In this document: one piece after another, positions 10,732 through 21,793 of the stretch
Position numbering within the stretch: the stretch's first letter is position 1
How the letters are laid out: every line of letters starts with the position of its first letter
Assembly: GCF_964204645.1 (NCBI RefSeq)
Contig: NC_134036.1
Location: 3,934,400-3,998,399 of the forward strand
Source of the DNA: Tubulanus polymorphus
Lineage: Eukaryota; Animalia; Nemertea
Length of the DNA stretch: 64,000 nucleotides
Direction of reading: 5' to 3'
Notes under the pieces: generated by a model
What the model was told of the DNA's origin: nothing
The model's database searches: none
Seen by the model: the letters and a program-made list of their open reading frames with translations, nothing else
Made by a program: the position numbers and the translations under genes

Positions 10732-13700
10732 TCATTTTCTTCTTTTATTCTTTGCTCGTATGGATTTCATATCGATAGTCAGTATGGTGTAAAGAAGGGG
10801 ATTGAGGGACGAGTTGATCGGCAAGAAAAGAACCGCCAGCCAAGCCGCCACCTGATTCGGTATTTGTACCCCGAATACGGCGCAAAACTGGACGATAATT
10901 AACGGCAGCCAGCAAAATAGATTACAGAGATTTATCACCAAACTCCTACGTGCCAAAATCAGTTCGGTAGGGTCGATTCTCCCAGAGCCAGACCTGCTTC
11001 CTGATACGAGTCTGTACATTTGCGCATATGTCCCCATTATTGTAGCAAGTATGACAGAGTTAAACACGGCAAAAATAGCGAATGAATATTGCCAGGCGTT
11101 GACATCAATGGTGATTAAATTCATAGGTAAACAAACACCGGTAGTGCCGTAGAAATTATCTCCAAAGTAAGGGTAAGGCGCTAGAGGCAGCAATGCAATG
11201 CCACTCAAAACAATCCAACATGTACAGCAAATAATGGACACAAATCTTTGAGATTTCAGGTTTCCGGAAAATGGATTAACGATATTTGAATATCTGTGGC
11301 GCGTCATGATTAATAGAAACGTCAATGAGCCTTCACAAGAGATTGACACAACGACCCCTGCAAGATGACAAAATACACTTCCCGTCCAAGATTCGGAATT
11401 AAGGAAATAGACACCTTTGAAGATGTAATCTGCCCCGGCGATCAGGAACAGATAAACCGACATCATAAAATCGCAGACAGCTACATTGATGATGAGGATA
11501 TCCGAGGATGGATTGGATTTATCAGAAGAAAATCGAATCGCTTGAACGCGAAGAGAAATGACTATTCCGTTGGCGAAAAAGCTGAACGAAGCGATCACCC
11601 AAATGACGGTTCTAAGGACCGTGTTACCCATCAGGTCGGAGCACGACGAGAACGGGTCGGGTTCTGGAAAACATTCATCGACATTGGGTACCATGCAGCA
11701 AAACTTGTAAGCATCTGATCTCAGGGAGACTAATGATGTCAAATTGTCGAAAACGTTTCTGTCGACGGAAACGACTTTCGAGTTTTCGGACAAATCAAGG
11801 ATTTCAAGCGTCGTCAGCCCGGAAAATGCGTAAAGCGAAATACGATCGATTCTGTTAGCGCTGATGTTTAAAGACAGTAAAGCAGAAAGACCCGCAAACG
11901 AGTATTCATAAAGCGTCAGCATTGAAAGTCCGTGAAGGTCGAGAGATTGGAGAGACCTCAAACCTTGGAAACTGCCTTCTTCTAAATAAGTCAGTGGATT
12001 TCGCGTGATGAACAGTTCTTTCAAACTATACAAACCGGCGAACGTGTTGGCGGATAATGACGTTATGGTGTTATGGGTAAGGTCTAATGTATATAGATTA
12101 TGCAGGTTTGAGAATGAGTTCGGTAAGATGTCAGACAAATCGTTGGAGGAGAGATTGAGCATGCGAAGATAGACGTATGGGGAAAATGTTGACGGGTCCA
12201 AGATAATTTGATTTTTCGACAAAATTAAGACTCGAGTTGATGAAGAAAAGAGACCACTTATATTTGTTAAACGAGCATTGTAGCATTCGATCGAATGACC
12301 TTGGCACTGACAGCCTCTAGAGCACGTGGCACTGCAGAAAGCCTCATCATCAGTTGTATGTTTACAATTTACGACACCATTACAAACTTCGGATTGTGGG
12401 ATACATCGATTTTCCTGGCCACATTTAAACATTCCCGGACATGAAAATGTCTCGCAGTTTTCTTCGTCTTCTGAATTAGGACAGTCTGATTGACCATCGC
12501 ACACCTGTCTGATCGGTATACAGTACGATGCTGGACATTTGACAGTGCCAGCTGGACATTCAAATTCTTCACATCTCAATACGTGCTCAAGATTTCTACA
12601 AACTGGGTAACTATTCAGCAATCTCTCTAGAATACACCTGTGACGTCTTAAATAACAATGAGGAGAATTGAAAGAACATCTTTGTTCATCAGATTCTGTG
12701 CATAGAGTTGTGAAGTTAGTCGTACATTGGTTTTCATTATCGCAATGAACGGTAGGATTTACCGTAATATTAGTAGCTGCAACTATTTCATCTTCTTCAA
12801 GGCTACCACTACAATCCACGACACCATCCTGATACAACTGAGAACTGATACAGTCTCCACTGTTACACAGGAACCCCTGACACGTTTCAGTGGTGCATCC
12901 CATTTCATCGGAGTCGTCTTTACAATTAGTGACTGCATTACATCTGTCCGACCTACTAATACATTGACCATTTTCACAGCGAAATTGTTCAGACAAACAC
13001 GGGGGATGAAAACACGAGTTCTCATCGGAACCATCCACGCAATCCTGTATGAAATCACAGAATCCACTTATTGATATGACTTGACCATCGTAGCATCTGA
13101 AATGACCGTGTAAATTGTTAACCGAACAATCGAGTTCATCTTCACCGTGTTGACAGTCGTGTCTGGTATCACATACGCGATGGTCGCTGATACATCTTCG
13201 ATCGTTACATTCAAACTGCCACGATTTACAACCGCTTATAGAAGCCAACTCTTCGCTAGTTACGTTGCATGAACACAAAACAGAATGTGCTTTATCTGTT
13301 CTATTTTCCCAGGGAATCAATAACCAATTAACCGATTTATTGTATGTTATTTCATCTCTGGTAACAACTGGTTTCAGTGTCCTCCATTGATTGTTAGAAT
13401 CCTTAGTAAGAATAGCGCCATATTGGTGCTGATAACGAAACCTTCCAACCAAATTTTCGACAACTGTCGCCACCGATATCTCACCTATATCACCGCAGAT
13501 GCCACGACACATTTCTCTCGCGCTTCCAATATCTAAACTTCGGTTTTCGTTCCAATTTGTCAGTATTTGAAGACATCGTCCCGCTATACCTACCCAACCT
13601 CGTGTACAGGTTGCGTTGAACATATTGTTATCAACCTTATCCCGATTCCCAGTCGGAGACGTTTCGTTATCCGTCTTATTGCTATCTTTCCCAGTTTTAT

Positions 13701-13968
13701 CGATGTTGATTCTGTCCGTTTCGCACATGAAAGTCGTGTGAACCTCGTCGATTTCGCAGGGGAATCGAACCCAGTTCGCTGAACCTCGTGGATTATTCAG
13801 TATCATCGCTGTACATGGCATATTGACGTCATTTATCGGTTGTTTCCTTACAGCAGATATCAAACCTTGAATAACTTCTGGTATCGTTTCGTTGCTACTC
13901 GGTGTCCGGTACCACTCTGTGTAGCTCATCGGTTTTCCATCGGTCCACGTATAACGACCAGTTGTCAG
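10732..13968 (-). CDS. GRL101: Copy 2 exon 3: CTLD C-half, degenerate CTLD, LDLa x6-7, LRRNT/LRRs, hinge, 7TM (1078 aa)
   Basis: 1065-aa ORF plus 13 codons up to acceptor ctcag|CTG. LDLa C..DGSDE motifs, LxxLxLxxNxI repeats, hinge YKFCC..FSSCSDLMGN, CWLP, NPLLY. Confidence 0.95.
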   Translation of the reverse strand: MTTGRYTWTDGKPMSYTEWYRTPSSNETIPEVIQGLISAVRKQPINDVNMPCTAMILNNPRGSANWVRFPCEIDEVHTTFMCETDRINIDKTGKDSNKTDNETSPTGNRDKVDNNMFNATCTRGWVGIAGRCLQILTNWNENRSLDIGSAREMCRGICGDIGEISVATVVENLVGRFRYQHQYGAILTKDSNNQWRTLKPVVTRDEITYNKSVNWLLIPWENRTDKAHSVLCSCNVTSEELASISGCKSWQFECNDRRCISDHRVCDTRHDCQHGEDELDCSVNNLHGHFRCYDGQVISISGFCDFIQDCVDGSDENSCFHPPCLSEQFRCENGQCISRSDRCNAVTNCKDDSDEMGCTTETCQGFLCNSGDCISSQLYQDGVVDCSGSLEEDEIVAATNITVNPTVHCDNENQCTTNFTTLCTESDEQRCSFNSPHCYLRRHRCILERLLNSYPVCRNLEHVLRCEEFECPAGTVKCPASYCIPIRQVCDGQSDCPNSEDEENCETFSCPGMFKCGQENRCIPQSEVCNGVVNCKHTTDDEAFCSATCSRGCQCQGHSIECYNARLTNISGLFSSSTRVLILSKNQIILDPSTFSPYVYLRMLNLSSNDLSDILPNSFSNLHNLYTLDLTHNTITSLSANTFAGLYSLKELFITRNPLTYLEEGSFQGLRSLQSLDLHGLSMLTLYEYSFAGLSALLSLNISANRIDRISLYAFSGLTTLEILDLSENSKVVSVDRNVFDNLTSLVSLRSDAYKFCCMVPNVDECFPEPDPFSSCSDLMGNTVLRTVIWVIASFSFFANGIVISLRVQAIRFSSDKSNPSSDILIINVAVCDFMMSVYLFLIAGADYIFKGVYFLNSESWTGSVFCHLAGVVVSISCEGSLTFLLIMTRHRYSNIVNPFSGNLKSQRFVSIICCTCWIVLSGIALLPLAPYPYFGDNFYGTTGVCLPMNLITIDVNAWQYSFAIFAVFNSVILATIMGTYAQMYRLVSGSRSGSGRIDPTELILARRSLVINLCNLFCWLPLIIVQFCAVFGVQIPNQVAAWLAVLFLPINSSLNPLLYTILTIDMKSIRAKNKRRK

Positions 13969-14810
13969 CTGAGAAAATAGAATAAAATATTGTATCAGTC
14001 ATATAAAAAACCCAAACAACGCTCAATTACCTTCCACCTGCTTCGCTCCCGGAAAGTGCGTTGGGTTTTAAGGGACACAATATCAGATGAAATCTACCAA
14101 TCGAATGATAACGGGGTAAATCGGTATTCTAAGATTTAAAAAATAAACGTAAAAATGCCACGTAAAAATTAATGAATAACGTCCGAAAAGCGATAGTTCG
14201 TTCATAGCACCCCAACTGGTCCTCTTTTCAAAAAAGATATAAATTTCATCATTATTTTGAAAAATAATTGAATTCCATGATCTAATTCAACTGCAGATTG
14301 TCAATACACTCAAAACACGCTCCCACCTCCACTTCTGAATATATTTCGTCATAATATTGACCTCCACTCCCACTGACTAAAAGACTAAAAACTAAACTTT
14401 GCGCAAGCTGCTTTACACGAATCCAAATTATACAGCAAAAATCTTTATTAGCCCAGATGCCTTGTATCTGGTGAGTTAATCATAATTTTCTCCGTTTATC
14501 AACACCAGCCTGAATTAACTATCTTTCTTATTTAAAGACAAAACTTTTTTGAAATACTTGTAACTATTCGTTTCCGTATTAGTTAAACCTGGTATGTTCA
14601 AATTCTATACTCATCACCTAATTTATTATCATTATCTCGATGTCGTTATCAATGTTGTCATTATTATAATCGTGGGGGCTTGCACTAGAACCCCCGTATT
14701 AAGTAATCAATTTAAAAAACTCATTGATTGTTCATTTCCTTGTACGAGAAATCTTTCGTAGCTTTTCTCTATTTTGGGTTGTTTCTTAATATTCAATAGA
14801 TTTCATGCAC

Positions 14811-16190
14811 CTGTAATTTCAAACCGATCATTATTATGAGCGCTTTTCTAGAAAATGCCATCTTCATCAGAGGATTTACAGCGAATAACGTTTTGATAGC
14901 CATCATCTCCTGTTGTGAGTTGATACTGAGTAGATGTCCCGCGTACTTCTGTCTACAATACAATTCAGCATTATCCCAATTCAGACGTACTTTTCTGATG
15001 AATTTCACGCAGGAAAATCCCGAATCTAAAAGCCCTGCTGATTCGCAGACATTGCCGCGTTGTTTCGGCATTAGATTCTGTTCTAAGACGTATTGTATGC
15101 GAAATCTGGGCATTCTGTTTTTCACCTCGAGCCACAGCGATCTTTCCTGCAGACTATAGAATGTAACTCCCGGTACACCGTACATTTCGCATAGTTTATC
15201 CTCGTGACGGGCGTTACTCCTGTCTTTGCCATATATGACATTGTGGCTGATCTCCTGCACGAATACAACCGCTTCTGTTTTGTATGAAGTTTCTTTGATG
15301 CACGGCACTTCTTCCATATCTTTGATAACGAAACGGTAATACTGAATTCGCGTGCTGTTCACCCCGAACCCGACGTTGTATTTCAAAACGACGTTGGAAC
15401 TGCCGGCCGTTCCCGGGTAGTTCGGCGACTGCACGATCCCGCAATCCACTTCACTTAGCTTCGACCAGTCGATGTATTCGTTGTGCTTTTTCAAGCTTTG
15501 GCAGGTGCGCAGCAATTCAACAATGTAGGCGAATCTCCAGAACAAATCGGCCTTGTTGATTTTGACCGTGTACTTGAAGAGGACACTGCTGCTGCCACTA
15601 TTGTTGCTGGTGTTGAGGCGCTGGCTACTGAGCGGCATGGCGCGTTTACATGTATGGGTAGGGGACATATGATCGGGCACGCACGAGCCGATTTCGTATT
15701 CGTACGGCGTCAATATGTAAATACTACGTGGCGCAACCTGTCGTTTTTCGGGCATAATCCTGAAACAGCGCGACGTCACCGTAACCCGGCGCTCTCCTTG
15801 TCGCAGAGTGTAGCCGTCGCAGTCAGATGGACGTAACATCAATTTCGCTTTCATCCGATCGTAAACCAACCTCTTGCCCTGACAATTGTATGTGTAGCCA
15901 ACTACGATAACCGGGCCGCCCGAGGTAATCAGACTGACGACGCTGCGTCGATAACCCGACGAACTGGGGCAATACGGGCCGTATCGTCTAGCCGTAAAAT
16001 TACCACCGTCGTATATGTAAAATCCGACGTTTTCGCAATCAACCGATAACACCCCTAGTTCGAGCTTCTGTTCAGTTATTTGGACTTTCCAGGTGAATTC
16101 GTACGCGATAACGCGATATTTCAACGTCCTAGTTGGAAATGGAAGCATCGTGTAATATGCCAATGACGCTGAAGCACGATAGCCGCGTAT
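14811..16190 (-). CDS. Copy 2 exon 2: CUB-like domains plus CTLD N-half (460 codons)
   Basis: Same phase-0 splice sites as copy 1; ORF 14793-16163. Confidence 0.9.
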
Positions 16191-16607
16191 CTGAAATAAA
16201 TTCGAATGAATTAATGAATTCAGTGGCAGTATAATTAAGATATAGTCAACCCCTGATATACCGCCAACATCGGTAATCTAAAATTTCAGCGGTATATTGT
16301 TAATTTTGACTACTTCTATGACAAAAAAACACATAGCACAGAATATACAGCACTGGAAAACCCTGGCTCTACGTGGGGATATTCGGTTTAACATCATTAA
16401 TACGAAATCATAGAAATTTGAAATGTGATACGGAATCATTATTTAGTTGAGTATTTCGTATTATAACAACTGACTCTAAAGTTGTAAAAGAGGTCGGAAC
16501 ATAATTTATTCGATCATTCAATTATTCCGTCAGCTCCTGACACAACAGCAAACACATTTGCGTTATTAAACATCAATCGAGACAAAAATCAGAATTCCCG
16601 CACTTAC

Positions 16608-17816
16608 CGAAGGCTTATGAATGCGAAACTCTGATAATGAAAGCAATTTCATTCTGAATTCTATTCTTACATTCACATTTTTGATTTTCGGTCTCGTAAG
16701 AACGCACAGTATGACGAGAAATCCTTCAGATTTGAGACTCAGTGATTTCAGGTAGTTGTAACCGAGTAAAATATCAGTTCCTACAACGCGTAACCCTTCT
16801 TGTTTATATACACCGATTACGTCATCGGATGTGACGAGATCACGTGTCCAGTTGAAGACGACGTACTGTAACACCTGCACTGTGATAGACCAGCAGTGTA
16901 AGTGTTTTGATCGAGTTATTACGTGTAAACTGCTGTCATTGGGAATGAGCACTCCCGACTTGTTATTAGAGATCTGAATCAACGGATTAGAGACGTTCCA
17001 ATCTGATATTCTGTACATCTGGATTAAAAGCTCAGTCGTTGTCTTGCGTTGATCCGACACGAAAATGGTGGCTTTGTTAGTTTTGGTATAAAACGATGAC
17101 GGCTGCTGTCCGCTCTGAACGCCTATAAGCGCTATCGGTTCACTGCTGATGTTCCAGCCATCGTAGATTCGAAAAGTCGCCGCTGGATCAACATCAGGGC
17201 CAGCTCTCACTTGTAGGTCTAAATCTACGAATGTGAAATTCATCGCCACACCATACGGGATGTCGATCCATTCGATGAACAACTGACATCGGAAATTAAG
17301 GTACATCGCGAATTTGTATCCGGTCGATGTGTTTAACTTATTCACTTTAAAATTCCATCTCCCGCTGTGACTGATTCTCAATTGGTTTCTTTCGTAACGA
17401 TATATGATATAAACCCGACTACCTCGCGCACCAACGACGTTACTTCTAAACATTAATGAGATCGAATCGTTACGAACGATGTCGTATTTTCCGTTACCGC
17501 ATATGGTCTTCCCGTCGACGAATAGGTAGTTATCACTGCAGAATATTGACAGCTCGATATCGTAGTACGTTTCGACGTGAAAAGTTCCCGGTAAAGAGCT
17601 GTTGACGAACCAACGACATTCAACACCGCGCGTTAACGAAGGGTAATTCGGCGAAGCGATGTAACCGGACGTAGAATCTAGCGGGTTCCACGTATTGTTA
17701 CAAGACGAACTTACCGTCACAGACGATTCCTCGATAGAGTCTGCGCGATCAGCGCGCGCGATGCGAACTTGACAGACGATCAGCGACGCTAACAGCGTTC
17801 TCAGTCGCTGCTCCAT
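16608..17816 (-). CDS. Copy 2 exon 1: signal peptide plus CUB domains (403 codons); predicted protein 1941 aa
   Basis: ORF 16566-17834; ATG-GAG at 17816; donor TCG|gtaagt. Confidence 0.88.
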
Positions 17817-20800
17817 ACCGAACAACATCAACACGGTGATGAAAGATCAAAATTTCTAAAATCTGTCCGATCAAAAAATACATTACTCTGGTGGAGCCAT
17901 GAATACTTCAACTACTCGCTTTTCTTGTATCAACTGAGCGATTTCAATGCTCGATTTACAGTAAATTAAGATGGAACCATGCCTCGGATTTCCTCACTAT
18001 ATCGACGACGCCCGCGGGGTATGTATACATCGTGTTCTCCAAAGGAATCCATTCCCTGCGACATCATTTTTTAGGATATCGTATTTGATTTCCTATTGGA
18101 TTTCTGACTCTGCAGCTTTTGAGTTCGACATACATCTAGGCATACATAGATAATATCGACATCTGCTAACTAGTTTGTTTTTGAAGTGAAAAATAACTAT
18201 TTTTGCAAATTTATCAGAGTATTGATAACTTGACCTGGAAAATTCTGAAACCTCAACATATTGTCTTATCATTTTAAAATGGTTATGCCTTAAGGAATAA
18301 ATGCTTTTAGCCCTCCAAAATACCCCTTAATACCCGGCGTCCCTAAAGATTAATACTTGTACGGTGAAGCCCGCTTCAAATCGGATTACTCCGACTACTA
18401 AAAATCCGACCTTAACAGATTTTAATATCAATCTAACCATACCTTTCGCATCAAATAATTTCTTGTTCGCTTTCTCCCTATCTTTTTAAAAAAAAATATA
18501 TTTCAATCTAAACACCTCTTTCTCGAGACTCTTTTGCCTTAAAAAATTCCCCAATTATTCTAAAAAATAATAATTCACTATTTTTTGGATCACGAAAAAA
18601 AGACGTCTATTTTCAGGATTGAAATATCATCAGGACCTAAAATTAAATACTTATTTGCTGACGGTAAAAATCTTCTCCGCTGCAGTCATTTTTTTTTAAA
18701 TACACATCAATCTATACACCTCTTTCTCGAGACTCTTTTGGCTTTAAAAATTTCCCAAATTATTCTACAGAATAATAATTCACTATTTTGGAATCATAAA
18801 AAAGACGTCTATTTTCAGGATTCAAATATCATCAGGACCTAAAACTAAATACTTATTTGCTGTCGATAGAAATCCTCTTCGCTGCAGTCAAATTCAATCT
18901 GCAACAACACGAGGCTGAGCACTCCTATTAGAAATCAATTCGCATTATCATTACCATATCTTTAAAATTTATGTAGAGATAAATTCTTGATTGAAGATAA
19001 ACAACAAACACTAGATATAAGACATTTTATCACTGAACGTTTAACAAGTGATCGTCGGCACTTGAGAATCGAGAATGATCAGTAAATACTCGACATTCGG
19101 GATTTCACCACAGGAATTTTCGATTGGAGATGAACTACAAACACTAGATATGTTATAAGACATTTTATCGCCACAGTATTAATGGTTGATCGTCCAAATC
19201 CGCCACGTAAAATCCCCCGGTAAATATCCCCGTGGGTTAAAATACCACCGGTAAAAAGCACCCAAAATTCAGTTTTAAACTAGTGTATGTAACTAAGATA
19301 AAAATATCCAGATAATGTTTTAATAAAGATTTTGCGATATTTGAACACCGATATTTTATTATGACTTTCGAATTATTTTTTTTTTCATAGAAATCATCAA
19401 AACTACAATCGTGTCAATTTTGATGCATGTAACTTGCATGCTTGCTGAAAGTCACAGAATATTGTCATTCTGATATTGTGACTAATACCATACATAGTTT
19501 TGGATTCATGATAATCTATCAACATGAGAATGTTGAAACATTTAAATCAGTTGAGAATCACAATAACCGTGATGAGACGATGAGTAAAAATCCAACAATA
19601 AATGTACGAATCTAAAAAATTCATTGAAAAAATTCTAGATATTGTGGGTGTTTGCCACCACCCTTCTTCGGCCTAAAATGACTTGACAAATAAATCTCGT
19701 ATTTAGTTGACATTTAGATGGTTTTGTTTTGAAATCAAATTTGTGGGAAATTTTTTCACCTACCGGGGGATGTTTTGGGGGATTTTTACGGAGGGGGGGG
19801 GGTTGTTATCTGTTACGACACTTATCATGCGTTCAGTACTTCTTCTGAGAAATTTCCAAATTGAGATGAAATATAAACACCAGACATTAGACATTTCATC
19901 AGCATACATTCAAAAACTGATCATTATCACTTAACACTACGGGGCGCTATCCATTGTAATATTTCTTGGATGTTTCACCCGATCAAGTGAACTACATCAT
20001 TAAAATGGATTTTAGGATGAAAAATATTGTCATAAGGTGACCTTGGAATAAATACATTAACACCTTGAAACTGTGACGGTGATATTCGATAGATTCCTCT
20101 TTGAAATCTCTTACGTTCATATGGAAATGTATTAAGCTTAGCTGAATTGATATGAAAACTTTACAGCTGAAATTCTATATAAACTTCGCATCTGCGCAGT
20201 ATAGTTTAAACATTGTACAATCGTGGATATAAAGGTTATAGTTATGTACTATGGGAAGCTTGAGATAAATATAGGTGTTTCTGGTGGTGCTGGGATAGGT
20301 GGTTATACCTGCAGCGCTTGATGTATCGTTTTGGAACGACACATCCTATATACGTGTGGTTGAGATATGTGTAACAATACACGTCTCTATAGATAAAGGT
20401 GTCTGAAGCGTGCAGACGATATCCTAACTGACTGACGCCTCAATATTGGCTTTTCGCCTTACGCGCTGCAGTCTTTCTAGACCTGGCTGTACGCGGCTGT
20501 TTTAGTTTCGTTGCGTTGCCTTAAGAAATAGGCAAATCAGTGAATTTGGCCTCAACTCTTCAATTGACCCTAGCTTTTCCTAATCCATTTACCAAAGTGT
20601 TGATGTGATGGCGGTTCGAATCTTCGTTTGTTTCGTAAATTATTAAAAATGTATAAATGGGATACTGGCCCTCACCAGATAGCGCAACATGACTTTGGGT
20701 AATTCGTATATAGTGAAATGATCAGTTCATTATCATTGAAATATGAACTCGATTTTAGGCTTGCTCATACGAAAATGATCAAACAAGTCATCGCATAGAT

Positions 20801-21793
20801 ACAACATCCGCCTTCTCACTCAATAATGGTATAGCTTTTTTGATTTACTAATGAGAAAAATTGATTCGAATTTAATTGAAATCTAGGTAATTGAAGCGCG
20901 GTAATCTAGTGCCACTAACGATCCTGGCGGATTATCGCTGAATCTTCGCTTGCCGCTGTAGCGTTGTCGGTGTCCCATTGCCGTGTGTCTATGCAAGATT
21001 TAAGTAAGATTTCATGACCCGAATGTCCCTCTGACGGCTGAGGTTATTTACTCTCAAATACGCCAAAGATTCTTTTAATCGTGTCCATTCTATTTTTTTC
21101 TCCGTATATTATCACTGTGGTCGAATCGTGTACATAAAATATGCTTTCTGCACAACGTATTCCTGTTGTTTTTTTCCATAAATTTCATAATCTTGTCTGA
21201 TGGTGAAGTAATTGTTTGTTAATCGCATGTCTTTATCGGCGGTTAATGAAAATTGTTTTCTGCTGAATAATTCGCCCTATTTCCGATTCATTCCACGGTG
21301 AATTGAATTGCTCTGACAACACATATTACGGTTAAGTGATATGTGCAGTTGATTCTATCAAAAGCGTTATACTCTTTAAGTAACGACCGATCTTCAGGCA
21401 TTAGAAAAATAAGTCTGGTCGTTATAAACTCGTTATAATTTGCAATATCCAATCGGAAATTGCAACCAAGAAATCTCATGGACTTTCACGATTCCTGCAA
21501 AGTTATTAGTTATTGCCGACGGTTTGGTAATGTAGATGTTTAAATCGATACGGCATTTATAAAGGTGCAATGTGACATCAAAACAACAATTTGGTAATGC
21601 CGCACACCTAGCATAACCCGGATAAACTGGGACGGCCAAAACGAGCGGAGGCTGAGTTAAAATGGTTATATGAGATAGTAAATCGCAAGGGTGATTTAAT
21701 TTTTGTCGAAAAATAGCTATAACTGAGTTAGGCTAGGTTTACAACAATACGCGTGCTATTCTAGCTATTCTATTTCGGTAGAAAAAACGTCGT

